A stretch of DNA of 64,000 nt from Octopus vulgaris (GCA_951406725.2 OX597816.1:20460001-20524000); one strand, 5' to 3'. Shown: positions 11,038-24,575, counted from the first letter of the stretch. Program-made: numbers and translations. Notes: generated by a model not told the origin, from the sequence alone.

Positions 11038-13772
11038 ATACTTAGATACTATTTTTTGAATAATAACTTATAGCATCGCTTCGTAGACTTCTGTCTCTAG
11101 TCAAATTCTTATTTCGTCAGTTTCGCCCATTTTGGTGACCCTTGACACAAGTGATGGACCTACGTAATTACTTAACACATCTGCTTGCTTATAGCGCAAC
11201 CTATCTCATTCAATGATTGCTATTAGTGATATCGCACAAACCAAAAGAAACTTTTAAGTTTAAGCGCCAAACTCATGGGTTTAACCTTCTCCAAATTCTC
11301 TGCGTGGTTATAAAAGGCTCAAATTTTCAACTCTCATGAGAGATGGTTTGGTTACTCCAAGAATTTTTGCATGTTCAGCTTTACTATGCACAAGATTATT
11401 TTTTCACATTTGCTCTCTATATCTAATAGAGGGATATGAATTCCACCAACAAATCTTAATTTCGTCTTCCCTTCAATAGATGCAAATAAGCATTTTCCTG
11501 TAGCTAACCTTAACTAAATGCTTGTAACACGACTTAAACACACGCAACTCCATGAAAAGATATTTCAAACATCATTGTGTAACACTCTGTCGTCTGCTGC
11601 TTTCGATAATTCGCTATGTAACGCCTTTATGTATATTCAATAATGAAGGCATATGGTACTGTTTCAATTTTCGAAAATTGAAAATGGTGTGGCTTTGCAA
11701 TTTTATAAAGATGACAGCGTCATCCTACATGTAAATAATATATATATTTATATAATTTTATCTTTATACCTGGTCATTGTTTGAAGCGAAAACGTTAGAA
11801 AATGAAAAACCCACAACACAAACATTTTTATTATTCACATCAATTTTATTATTGAAAGTTAAAAGAGTTATTACGCTAAGGCATTCATTATTGAATAGCA
11901 TGACTGCCGTGTTTGTTTGATTTTTGCTTGAGTATTATGCAATAGCTTTCCTTTGTACCAAAAATATATAATACAAAGAAAATTAAAAAAACCCTTGCTA
12001 ATAAATTAGGGTATAATAATGAAACAAAAACAAATTGCAGTAATTTTTCTGTGATTCTTTTCTTTCCCTTTTTACCTCGATACATTCTGCAATAAAGTCA
12101 AATGAAATACTGAATGCGAAATTAAACTCTGCTGCAAAAACGAAAAAGAAAACATTCCATTCCTATAATGGATTTCGGGTGAGTTGTATACATCAAGATT
12201 TCATTATTCTCTCTGTTTCTAGTGAGAATAATCAAAAGCATTTGCCATCCCGTCATTATTCCAAGCATAACGATAACTTCTTTAGGGTTACATTAACCAA
12301 TATGTGCGTCCTTGTTTGTCAGAAAATCCGACGTATTAACAACGGGTGATTTGACTTGCTGCTTCTCAAACGTCGTGTGACTATGTTAGGTCTCTCCAGA
12401 ATTATAAATCCCAAAGCTGTTATTTATCCCAGATTACCCCTGATCCAGCAGTGTTATGATCGAAGATGATCCAGCTGTCTTAGTTTGTTCTTCAAGCATA
12501 CTTCAACTTCAACTACTGCTGTAAATCCACATCCAATGCACCCAGATTTTAAATGGTTGGTTATAGTTGGAAAGATATCCTCTTCCCATTTCGTTGACTC
12601 GTTGAATAGTAATTTTTATATCTTTTGTGTCATAGTTATTTTATATTTATTTGAAAATCAATTCATATTTAAGGCTTGATGTCGTCAACTGTTGTGAATG
12701 CTGCGTGTCTATTCAGTATCTTTACCGGATTTTGTATAATATTTTTGGATGATTAAACTATTCATAGAGGGAAAACAAAAAAACAAAAAAAAAGAAAAGC
12801 TCCATTTGCTTTTTTACTGAATCTTATACCCACAGGAAAAGGTTCTTCTATTTGCATTTATGTATTTATTTTTAGCCTGGAGGATAATTGTGCTATTTAC
12901 AAATGTCCCCTCATCCGTCACCTTTATGACAATAATATAGAAAAAAATTTTATTTTTATTCTTATTCTTCTGTTCATCATCACCATCACTACTACCACCA
13001 CCATCGTCATCGGCAGTAACAGCAGCAGTAGTATCATCACCACCACTAGCACCACCAGCATCCTTTTTAATCTTTGCTTTTTTTTCTTCATTTTTTGTTG
13101 TTTTTCTTTTCTTGTTTTTCCGTCGGGGAATATCCTCGATCATATTTTAGCTAAAGTTAGTTGATCACGAGTTTCTTTTGTGTATGATTCTATAGGAAAA
13201 ATATGTTTAAATCATTTAAAATGCCTGACATTTACTTTCTCATAGCTAAACCTTTCAGACAATTCAGAACAATATATTTCTTCATTTTTATTTATACGAT
13301 TTCCCAGAGGGAATTTTTTTTAAAAATGAAGAGTCTATTTTAGTAACTTTTTTTACTTAATATTCCATTTTTCCTTTTTCTTTTTCTTCTTTGTTGGTGA
13401 TGGTGTTAAATATCAAAACTTTCCCTGTAGCGTAGCTATTTTACTGTTTGTATTGTTGTGAAACAGAGACGAGCCTTTAAAAGTGAAAATAAGTACGGTG
13501 AAAGTGAACCACGGTGCAAAATTTCGATACTCGTATCATTATCTTAGTTAAATTTTGTAGGTAATATACAACTGATGAAAGAGACACTTTAACACCGACG
13601 TTTCGCAATATAATGTCTGTAAGTTTAAAGCTTATCTGTATTTTAATTAATTGACTTGATTTCCTTCAAGTAGAAGTTTTCTATTTTCATTAGGAATTTT
13701 TCATACTATTAAGCATTTATAAACTTTAAATGCAAGTCTACTTCTTATACACTTCATATATATATATATATA

Positions 13773-13955
13773 TGATAGATCGCTAGCCACAACACGCATT
13801 TTTTCTCTCCTTGTTTCTTTCTGTGTTCCTTTCTGTGGAAGAGCGTAGGTTCAAAACGTAAAAGACTTTTTCAATTCCCGAGCGTTATACTAATACATCT
13901 TTTTGTTTTCTGCACCACCTGTCTTCGTCTTTTGTTGTTGCTTTTCGTGAATTCT

Positions 13956-13958
<3 letters not shown>
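13773..13958 (+). mobile_element. Penelope-like terminal fragment with a variant hammerhead (family H); also at 17767-17952
   Basis: CTTT-CTGTGGA-A-GAGC GTAG GTTC-AAAA-CGTA-AAAG; (TA)n on both sides; homologous to 22190-22628 and 47476-47720. Confidence 0.6.
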
Positions 13959-14005
<47 letters not shown>

Positions 14006-14169
14006 GTGTGAGAGTATTTATGTATGTTCATGACTGTGTACATATAGTTATTGTTATTAAGGCGCTGAGCTGGCAGAATCGTTAGCACGCCGGATAAAAT
14101 TCTAAGCGGCATATATTAAGGACAATCGATTGAAGTTATTAGTTGTTACCCAACGGTTTCATGACAAAG

Positions 14170-14430
14170 TTGGATGGGTCAGTTTTAGCAATCATCGGAC
14201 ATGGCCAAATGAAAATATAGGATTTCGGTCATTTTTCACATTCGGTTTATGAGTCAGAGTGTTGGAAAGAAGACTAGAGGGTAGTAGATCAAAACACAGG
14301 TAAAGAACGCAATGGGTGGGCAACATCAGACCTGGTTGAACAACAGCGGCAAAGGAGTTGAGGAACTCGTGCTTAAATTGAGAAGACTTTTGCTGTAGTG
14401 TCATCAATGCGCTGAAGACGTGCGATATAT
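14170..14430 (+). mobile_element. old RTE-like LINE C-terminal remnant
   Basis: Degenerate WMGQ.. and EGSRSKHR*RTQW segments resemble the RTE W.GH / GRPR..W motifs. Confidence 0.35.
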
Positions 14431-15924
14431 GATATTGACGACGAAGGTGTTAGAGCGTAATTCAAGAGAGATTTGACTGTTGTTTCTAGTAGGCTTGACG
14501 ACCGCGTAGGTGTTCTTTTTCCAAATGTACTTCATCTGTTACTTCGACATGCAGCCTGATACAAGAATCGAAACACCATTCATATGTTTATTTTATAGCG
14601 GTCATCTGTTACTCAGTAGATTTTGTACCATCTACATAAAATTTAACCTGATTCTGTTCCTTTTTGAGCATAAATGTAATCATAGACGTTCCGATAATGA
14701 CTATTTTGTTTCATGCATATCAGACACCTCTATGTCGAATGTACGTGTCTTCATTTAAGGAGACAGGTTTGATGGAAACTCGTTATATTGTTAATTAGAC
14801 CCATATCGGCTTGAAACAATTTTATTTATGATCAAAGGTGTTTTCTTTCTAAGTAGTAAACACTCAGAATCATAGTATTCAATGTGTTTTAACCTCTTAT
14901 GGATCTAACAGTCCAATTTAAGTGACATTTGAATGATATTTCTAGCAGCTTAACAAACTACATAAGGATTTCTCTTCAGTAAGCAGGCAGAATAATAAGA
15001 CCGTTGGGTAAAATGCATTGCATATTTACTTCGGCTCTTTAGACAAATTTCATTTTAATTCCTCCAGAGTTGATAAAATAAGATTCCAGTCAGGTACAAA
15101 ATTTTCTGGTATCTACTAACTTCTCTTCTTCAAAATTGCTGGCCTTGTACTTAAATCAAATCCATAATTATTATTCTTCATTTTAAAGTGTTGACGCTTG
15201 AACAATCGTCTGTTGAAGAAGAGCTCGATTCTAGATATTGGCAGCCATTTTTTTTTTTTTTTGCTCAATAACTAAGTATTAATCAGTTTGTAACAAACGA
15301 TACGGCTGGGTTTATATGCATCACCAACATTCGTCCAGTTGAAGGATCTCATTCGGCATTCTAGTCGGTGAGCTGGCAGAATCGTTAGTACGTCTAAGAA
15401 AATGCGTAGTGATATTTCTTCCAGGTCTTTACTTTCTGAATTCAAATTTCACCTAAGCCGGCTTTGCTTTTCATCCCTTTCTGGTTCAGTCAAATAAAAT
15501 ACCAATCAACAATTGAAACTGATGTTATCAACTTGCACGTACCCTGAAAATTACTGGTGCTTAATTTATCGTCTCCGAAAGGATGAAAATCAAAGCTAAC
15601 ATCCGAGGAATTTTAACTCATACTGTAAAGACAGTCGAAATACTGCGAAGTATTTTGATGTCATGTAAGCTAAGTATGCTAACGATTTTACCAGCTCGCT
15701 ACCTTAATAATCTGCTCTATTGTGGGGAAAAGGTCAGAAATTTGAGGAGATAAGGTTAATCAATTACATCAACCCCAATGTTTAAATGGTACTCATCTTA
15801 TCGACCCCGAAAGGAAGAAAGGCAAAGTCGACCCCGGCGGAATTTGAACTCAGAACGTAAAGATGGGGGAAATGCTGCTAAGCATTTTACTAACAATTTT
15901 GCCATCTCGTCACTTTATCTCACT

Positions 15925-16470
15925 GTCTTAATGCCCTGATGCAGTACCAGGCAGTGGCTGTCATGGCTTCTTATATTAACTGATTGAAAGTGTTATCATG
16001 TACATTGTTTTGTCTTGGTATAAAAGATGGGCTGCAGCAAATATTCTGCTCAATACCACAGATTTGCTTGTCCCTTAGTGGCATGTCCCTTAGTGGCATG
16101 TCCCATAGTGGCTGACAATATGTGCATCTCTGATCATGAGCAGAAGTAGTGAGAGAGCATCATAGCCATGTGTTGAGAGGGATTCTTTGGGGTTTGAATA
16201 ATTCACATCTGGAAACATGGGTGCTTCGTTCAACATCCTTAAACAACCCTTATTCAGAGACCTTTTGAGCGGGATGGGCTACTCGACCAGAAGAAAATTC
16301 TAACTGGGCCCCACCTGCAAGGTCATGCGCTGATTATCTTGATATGAGATCACCATGTCGCGCACATATGGTTGTGATGCATGTGCTTAGCGTACCCTTA
16401 TGAGACGGGTAACTGGGCTTCGTATATTTTACCCCAGTGTCACTTTGATGGCATGCACTGCTCTCTCACT
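15925..16470 (+). mobile_element. non-coding retroposon abutting (AAT)n (family E); duplicate at 19925-20468
   Basis: Homologous pieces at 35572-35770 and 58865-59095; followed by (AAT)n. Confidence 0.7.
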
Positions 16471-16471
16471 C

Positions 16472-16523
<52 letters not shown>

Positions 16524-16565
16524 GTAATAATAATAATGATAATAATGATAATACCTATGCAAGAC

Positions 16566-17130
16566 AGCGAGATGGCAGAAACGTTAGGACGCCGGGCGAA
16601 ATGCTTAGCGATATTTCGTCTGCCGTTACGTTCTGAGTTCAAATTCCGCCGAGGTCCACTTTGCCTTTCATCCTTTCGGGGTCGATAGATAAATTACCAG
16701 TTATGCACTGGGGTAGATGTAATCGACTTAATACCTTTGTCTGTCCTTGTTTGTCCCCTGTGTGTTTAGCCCCTTGTAAGTAGTAAAGAAATGGGTATTT
16801 CATTAATCTTTACGTTCTGAGTTCAAATTCCGCCAAGGTCGACTTTGTCTTTCATCCTTGCGAGGTCGATAAATTAAGTACCAGTTACGCACTGGGATCG
16901 ATGTAATCGACTTAATCCTTTTGTCTGTCCTTGTTTGTCCCTTCTGTGTTTAACCCATTGTGGGTAGTAAAGAAATAGGTATTTCGTCTGTCTTTATGTT
17001 CTGAGTTCAAATTCAACTTTGCCTTTCATCCTTTCGGGGTCGATAAATTAAGTACCAGCTGCGTACTGGAGTCAATCTAATCGACTGGCCGCCTCCTCCA
17101 AAATTTCGGGCCTTGTGCCTAGAGTACAAA
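16566..17130 (+). mobile_element. Nin-domain SINE (family A) trimer; duplicate at 20563-21127
   Basis: One head and three Nin-core units. Confidence 0.85.
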
Positions 17131-17153
17131 ATAATAATAATAGTAGTAGTAGA

Positions 17154-17197
<44 letters not shown>

Positions 17198-17645
17198 CAG
17201 TAGTAAATATGATTATGGTTTCGACACTTTTGATCTCTGTCTACAAAACCAGGCTGTCGCGGAAGCAAACCATTACATTGACGCAGAACGAATTCAGCAA
17301 GTTTTGCTTTTGTTCTTTGTTTGTTTCGGAAATATTATCTTATAAAACTAGGAGGTGGTGAGAAAGAGACAGTAAATATAAAAAAAAATTGGTTCAAAGA
17401 CTAGTGCAAACATAAATAAGTAAATTAACCAAATTGTGCCAAATGTAAATTCTGCCAATGTGGAAAAAAAAAGCGATATCTGACTAACATTTATAAATGA
17501 ATAGATGAAATAAAACTGTCGAATGTAGAACACCTAAAATAATAAAAGACATTTTGGTATATATTTTTTCACATTATCACTTTTAGTACTTTCTGTGAGT
17601 GAAGAACGGCCATGCTGGAGCATTATTTTTAAGCGATTGAGATTA

Positions 17646-17745
17646 NNNNNNNNNNNNNNNNNNNNNNNNNNNNNNNNNNNNNNNNNNNNNNNNNNNNNNN
17701 NNNNNNNNNNNNNNNNNNNNNNNNNNNNNNNNNNNNNNNNNNNNN
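17646..17745. other. assembly gap (100 N)
   Basis: Run of N. Confidence 1.
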
Positions 17746-17949
17746 CTTCATATATATATATATATATGATAGATCGCTAGCCACAACACGCATTTTTTCT
17801 CTCCTTGTTTCTTTCTGTGTTCCTTTCTGTGGAAGAGCGTAGGTTCAAAACGTAAAAGACTTTTTCAATTCCCGAGCGTTATACTAATACATCTTTTTGT
17901 TTTCTGCACCACCTGTCTTCGTCTTTTGTTGTTGCTTTTCGTGAATTCT

Positions 17950-18001
<52 letters not shown>

Positions 18002-20468
18002 GTGTGAGAGTATTTATGTATGTTCATGACTGTGTACATATAGTTATTGTTATTAAGGCGCTGAGCTGGCAGAATCGTTAGCACGCCGGATAAAATTCTA
18101 AGCGGCATATATTAAGGACAATCGATTGAAGTTATTAGTTGTTACCCAACGGTTTCATGACAAAGTTGGATGGGTCAGTTTTAGCAATCATCGGACATGG
18201 CCAAATGAAAATATAGGATTTCGGTCATTTTTCACATTCGGTTTATGAGTCAGAGTGTTGGAAAGAAGACTAGAGGGTAGTAGATCAAAACACAGGTAAA
18301 GAACGCAATGGGTGGGCAACATCAGACCTGGTTGAACAACAGCGGCAAAGGAGTTGAGGAACTCGTGCTTAAATTGAGAAGACTTTTGCTGTAGTGTCAT
18401 CAATGCGCTGAAGACGTGCGATATATGATATTGACGACGAAGGTGTTAGAGCGTAATTCAAGAGAGATTTGACTGTTGTTTCTAGTAGGCTTGACGACCG
18501 CGTAGGTGTTCTTTTTCCAAATGTACTTCATCTGTTACTTCGACATGCAGCCTGATACAAGAATCGAAACACCATTCATATGTTTATTTTATAGCGGTCA
18601 TCTGTTACTCAGTAGATTTTGTACCATCTACATAAAATTTAACCTGATTCTGTTCCTTTTTGAGCATAAATGTAATCATAGACGTTCCGATAATGACTAT
18701 TTTGTTTCATGCATATCAGACACCTCTATGTCGAATGTACGTGTCTTCATTTAAGGAGACAGGTTTGATGGAAACTCGTTATATTGTTAATTAGACCCAT
18801 ATCGGCTTGAAACAATTTTATTTATGATCAAAGGTGTTTTCTTTCTAAGTAGTAAACACTCAGAATCATAGTATTCAATGTGTTTTAACCTCTTATGGAT
18901 CTAACAGTCCAATTTAAGTGACATTTGAATGATATTTCTAGCAGCTTAACAAACTACATAAGGATTTCTCTTCAGTAAGCAGGCAGAATAATAAGACCGT
19001 TGGGTAAAATGCATTGCATATTTACTTCGGCTCTTTAGACAAATTTCATTTTAATTCCTCCAGAGTTGATAAAATAAGATTCCAGTCAGGTACAAAATTT
19101 TCTGGTATCTACTAACTTCTCTTCTTCAAAATTGCTGGCCTTGTACTTAAATCAAATCCATAATTATTATTCTTCATTTTAAAGTGTTGACGCTTGAACA
19201 ATCGTCTGTTGAAGAAGAGCTCGATTCTAGATATTGGCAGCCATTTTTTTTTTTTTTTTGCTCAATAACTAAGTATTAATCAGTTTGTAACAAACGATAC
19301 GGCTGGGTTTATATGCATCACCAACATTCGTCCAGTTGAAGGATCTCATTCGGCATTCTAGTCGGTGAGCTGGCAGAATCGTTAGTACGTCTAAGAAAAT
19401 GCGTAGTGATATTTCTTCCAGGTCTTTACTTTCTGAATTCAAATTTCACCTAAGCCGGCTTTGCTTTTCATCCCTTTCTGGTTCAGTCAAATAAAATACC
19501 AATCAACAATTGAAACTGATGTTATCAACTTGCACGTACCCTGAAAATTACTGGTGCTTAATTTATCGTCTCCGAAAGGATGAAAATCAAAGCTAACATC
19601 CGAGGAATTTTAACTCATACTGTAAAGACAGTCGAAATACTGCGAAGTATTTTGATGTCATGTAAGCTAAGTATGCTAACGATTTTACCAGCTCGCTACC
19701 TTAATAATCTGCTCTATTGTGGGGAAAAGGTCAGAAATTTGAGGAGATAAGGTTAATCAATTACATCGACCCCAATGTTTAAATGGTACTCATCTTATCG
19801 ACCCCGAAAGGAAGAAAGGCAAAGTCGACCCCGGCGGAATTTGAACTCAGAACGTAAAGATGGGGGAAATGCTGCTAAGCATTTTACTAACAATTTTGCC
19901 ATCTCGTCACTTTATCTCACTGTCTTAATGCCCTGATGCAGTACCAGGCAGTGGCTGTCATGGCTTCTTATATTAACTGATTGAAAGTGTTATCATGTAC
20001 ATTGTTTTGTCTTGGTATAAAAGATGGGCTGCAGCAAATATTCTGCTCAATACCACAGATTTGCTTGTCCCTTAGTGGCATGTCCCTTAGTGGCATGTCC
20101 CATAGTGGCTGACAATATGTGCATCTCTGATCATGAGCAGAAGTAGTGAGAGAGCATCATAGCCATGTGTTGAGAGGGATTCTTTGGGGTTTGAATAATT
20201 CACATCTGGAAACATGGGTGCTTCGTTCAACATCCTTAAACAACCCTTATTCAGAGACCTTTTGAGCGGGATGGGCTACTCGACCAGAAGAAAATTCTAA
20301 CTGGGCCCCACCTGCAAGGTCATGCGCTGATTATCTTGATATGAGATCACCATGTCGCGCACATATGGTTGTGATGCATGTGCTTAGCGTACCCTTATGA
20401 GACGGGTAACTGGGCTTCGTATATTTTACCCCAGTGTCACTTTGATGGCATGCACTGCTCTCTCACTC

Positions 20469-20520
<52 letters not shown>

Positions 20521-21150
20521 GTAATAATAATAATGATAATAATGATAATACCTATGCAAGACAGCGAGATGGCAGAAACGTTAGGACGCCGGGCGAAATG
20601 CTTAGCGATATTTCGTCTGCCGTTACGTTCTGAGTTCAAATTCCGCCGAGGTCCACTTTGCCTTTCATCCTTTCGGGGTCGATAGATAAATTACCAGTTA
20701 TGCACTGGGGTAGATGTAATCGACTTAATACCTTTGTCTGTCCTTGTTTGTCCCCTGTGTGTTTAGCCCCTTGTAAGTAGTAAAGAAATGGGTATTTCAT
20801 TAATCTTTACGTTCTGAGTTCAAATTCCGCCAAGGTCGACTTTGTCTTTCATCCTTGCGAGGTCGATAAATTAAGTACCAGTTACGCACTGGGATCGATG
20901 TAATCGACTTAATCCTTTTGTCTGTCCTTGTTTGTCCCTTCTGTGTTTAACCCATTGTGGGTAGTAAAGAAATAGGTATTTCGTCTGTCTTTATGTTCTG
21001 AGTTCAAATTCAACTTTGCCTTTCATCCTTTCGGGGTCGATAAATTAAGTACCAGCTGCGTACTGGAGTCAATCTAATCGACTGGCCGCCTCCTCCAAAA
21101 TTTCGGGCCTTGTGCCTAGAGTACAAAATAATAATAATAGTAGTAGTAGA

Positions 21151-21194
<44 letters not shown>

Positions 21195-21644
21195 CAGTAG
21201 TAAATATGATTATGGTTTCGACACTTTTGATCTCTGTCTACAAAACCAGGCTGTCGCGGAAGCAAACCATTACATTGACGCAGAACGAATTCAGCAAGTT
21301 TTGCTTTTGTTCTTTGTTTGTTTCGGAAATATTATCTTATAAAACTAGGAGGTGGTGAGAAAGAGACAGTAAATATAAAAAAAAATTGGTTCAAAGACTA
21401 GTGCAAACATAAATAAGTAAATTAACCAAATTGTGCCAAATGTAAATTCTGCCAATGTGGAAAAAAAAAAAGCGATATCTGACTAACATTTATAAATGAA
21501 TAGATGAAATAAAACTGTCGAATGTAGAACACCTAAAATAATAAAAGACATTTTGGTATATATTTTTTCACATTATCACTTTTAGTACTTTCTGTGAGTG
21601 AAGAACGGCCATGCTGGAGCATTATTTTTAAGCGATTGAGATTA
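17746..21644 (+). repeat. copy 2 of the ~3.9 kb duplication
   Basis: Matches 13752-17645 apart from repeat-length differences and A15771/G19768. Confidence 0.95.
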
Positions 21645-21659
21645 TCGTACAACTCCATT

Positions 21660-22075
21660 CTTTCTTTTATTCTTTTACTTGTTTCAGTCATTTGACTGCG
21701 GCCATGCTGGAGCACCGCCTTTAGTCGAGCAAATCGACCCCGGGACTTATTCTTTGTAAGCCCAGTACTTATTCTATCGGTCTCTTTTTGCCGAACCGCT
21801 AAGTGACGGGGACGTAAATACACCAGCATCGGTTGTCAAGCAATGCTAGGGGGACAAACACAGACATACATACACACACATATATATATGTATATATATA
21901 TATACATATATACGACAGGCTTCTTTCAGTTTCCGTCTACCAAATCCACTCACAAGGCATTGGTCGGCCCGGGGCTATAGCAGAAGACACTTGCCCAAGA
22001 TGCCACGCAGTGGGACTGAACCCGGAACCATGTGGTTGGTTAGCAAGCTACTTACCACACAGCCACTCCTGCGCC
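21660..22075 (-). mobile_element. CORE-type SINE (family B), full length
   Basis: Complete head to tail on the - strand. Confidence 0.9.
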
Positions 22076-22189
22076 ATTATTTATTTTATTTATTTATTAT
22101 TGGATTTTGTTTTTGTTTTTTGTTTTTATGTCGAAATCTGTTCTTCGAACTGCTATTATACCGGACATAAGAGGACACCGGCATTCGAC

Positions 22190-22628
22190 ATGATAGATCA
22201 CTAGCCACTAACCCTTTTCTTATTTCTTTACTGCCCACAAGGGACTACGCACAGATAGGACAAATAAGGACAGACAAACGGATTAAGTCGATTACATCGA
22301 CCCCAGTGCATAACTGGTACTTAATATATCGACCCCGAAAGGATGAAAGGCAAAGTCGACCTCGGCGGAATTTGAACTCAGAACGTAGCGGCAGACGAAA
22401 TACTGCTAAGCATTTCGCCCGGCGTGCAAACGCTTCTGCCAGCTCGCCGCCTTTTGCTACTAAACCTTTTCTATTTTCCCTCCCTGTTTATTTCTGTGTT
22501 CCTTTCTGTCGAAGAGCGTCGGCTCGAAACGTAGACGACCTTCTCATTTCCCGAGCGTTAAACTAATACACCTGTTTGTTGTTTACACCCCCGTCTTCGT
22601 CATTTTTTTTTCTTTTGTAAATTCTCAC
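22190..22628 (+). mobile_element. family H hammerhead-variant element interrupted by a - strand family A SINE (22218-22452)
   Basis: CTGTCGA-A-GAGC GTCG GCTC-GAAA-CGTA at 22506-22533. Confidence 0.65.
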
Positions 22629-22656
22629 TATGAATGTATATATATATACATATATA

Positions 22657-22889
22657 CAGGGTGTTCAAAACGTCTCTCCGCAGTGAAGTTTTTTCATCCT
22701 GGGCATCATAATGGTGCTACTTCAAGATTTTTTAGGTGAACGGATTATTTCGAAGGGACTTTGGCCATCAAGATCACTTAATTTAACACCGCCAGACATT
22801 TTTTTCTGGGGAGCAAGTAAAGGATCACTGTACAAGAATCGCCAGAAAACCATTAAATATTTACTGCGGAGAAACTTTTGAACACCCTG
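22657..22889. mobile_element. Tc1/mariner internal-deletion derivative (MITE)
   Basis: TA-CAGGGTGTTCAAAA...TTTTGAACACCCTG-TA; internal WPSRSLNLTPPDIFFWG-like remnant. Confidence 0.85.
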
Positions 22890-22908
22890 TATTTACATAC
22901 CTACATAC

Positions 22909-22989
<81 letters not shown>

Positions 22990-23641
22990 TGTATGTATAT
23001 ATATTTATATATATGTGTGTGTATGTATATATACATATATATATATATTTATCTACAAACATATTTTATGTAATTTACTACATAACTATGTGACCGGCAA
23101 AAAGCAAAAACAATTCAGTGTGGCTGTTAATGTAATATACTATCAGACTGCTACATCAGATGCGTATGAGGACAATGTTTATGTATGTATGAATGTATGT
23201 ATGTATGTATGTATGCATGTATATACATAGACATGGCCAGTTGTCAGAATTCAATATATTTTTAGCTTTACCGTAAAGTGAATAGTGACCATTAATGTGA
23301 ATTAGCGAACAATAAAGTTGTAGCAGTTACGTTAGCCACTTTCATTAGATTATAGCTCTTTTTGCTTTGAGAAACATTGCACTCAGAGCTGAGTGTTCGT
23401 GCAACATTTTATTGCTTCCTCTGAGCTATTTAAAGAAAATCTTATACTGTCGGTTACGAGAACAAAACGCCGTATTTGCTGCGTGGCCATGTTAACCACT
23501 ACACCAAGGGAACATCGCGACATTGCCTTAGGTGATGCGCAATAAGGTGGTTGCGAAGCGTACCTCTTAACCCCACAACGAAAGATAACACTTTTTGTTT
23601 ATCTGAATACATACACACGCATACATTCATATATATATATT

Positions 23642-23705
<64 letters not shown>

Positions 23706-23773
23706 AAATTTTTGCGTAATGAGATGAAAATAAACCAAGGCTGTGTAGATATTAGAACATTTATAGATAGAAG

Positions 23774-23825
23774 GTCTTACAGCTGTTTCCAGGATATTTA
23801 TCAATTATATCCCTTCTTCGGAGAC
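23774..23825 (-). ncRNA. type I hammerhead ribozyme motif, U4C variant, palindromic stem III
   Basis: GTCT-CCGAAGA-AGGGATAT..ATATCCTG-GAAA-CAGCTG-TA-AGAC within a fragment abutting (TA)n. Confidence 0.7.
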
Positions 23826-24129
23826 GGTGTGAGAGGATGGTTAACTACTAATTAATTTAGATAGGATACAAAATAGAGAGTGAGGTGGGGCAAAGAAAAT
23901 TGGTATGAGATATGTAGGGATATTGAATTTGTAACTCCATTTTTTAGGTATAATGGTATATATGTAAGATTCCAATACCTTATGCGAAAAATCCAATAGA
24001 ATTTAAAATTGTTCATTCCAAGTATATACATATACATATATATATATATACATACATATTTACATACATGTGTGTGTGTGCTTGTGTGTGTGTGTGTGTG
24101 CGCGTGTATGTATCTTCTAGTTTTGATTA

Positions 24130-24575
24130 TTATAAATCTTCCACCGAGGAGGGAGCCGGTTTCCAACAAAGATACAAGGCTCCATCTTTGGGTTGTAGCT
24201 AACACAGACAAATTCACATTTGGAACTTGAGAAAAGTCTTGCATATTGTTACTGTTCCACTCACAGGTTCCACTTGTAATGTACGAATCAGCCGGTCAAT
24301 TTCTCTTTCCGAAAATCTCAATTTATCCAGATTCTCCTGTAAGCATTTTATAACAAAACCTAATGCTCCAATTATTATTGATATGAATATGAATTCATAG
24401 TCTGGATATAGAAGCTGAAGGTTTCGAAGTGGTAGTCTGCAGATATCCCCTTTTTCTTTGATGTCTTCCACAGAAACATGACACAGCCGACACATGCGTT
24501 TGCCCCTTGGGATTACAAGAGCGTCATTGTCTCTCTTGTTCACCCGGTACTTTGTGGCAATCTCCTTAACCTTCA
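24130..24575 (-). mobile_element. 3' fragment of an RLE-type non-LTR retrotransposon (R4/NeSL-like) with an internal deletion
   Basis: EIATKY...CRLCHVSVEDI zinc-knuckle start fused to LRNLQLLYPDYEFIFISIIIGALG...GTVTICKTFLKF C-terminus; short 3' UTR with TAA tail. Confidence 0.75.

Larger units (their letters stand above)
13752..17645 (+). repeat. ~3.9 kb segment duplicated at 17746-21644 (copy 1)
   Basis: Near-identical sequence and ORF track on both sides of the N gap. Confidence 0.95.

Noticed and set aside
12835-12922. Possible minus-strand exon VTDEGTFVNSTIILQAKNKYINANRRTFS
   Set aside because: Plausible AG/GT ends but no recognisable homology or partner exons
17200-17350. Strong minus-strand splice-acceptor-like pyrimidine tract
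   Set aside because: All three downstream frames close quickly; cannot be supported without transcripts
23470-23512. tRNA-like A box on the minus strand (GGTGTAGTGGTTAAC)
   Set aside because: No B box or cloverleaf follows
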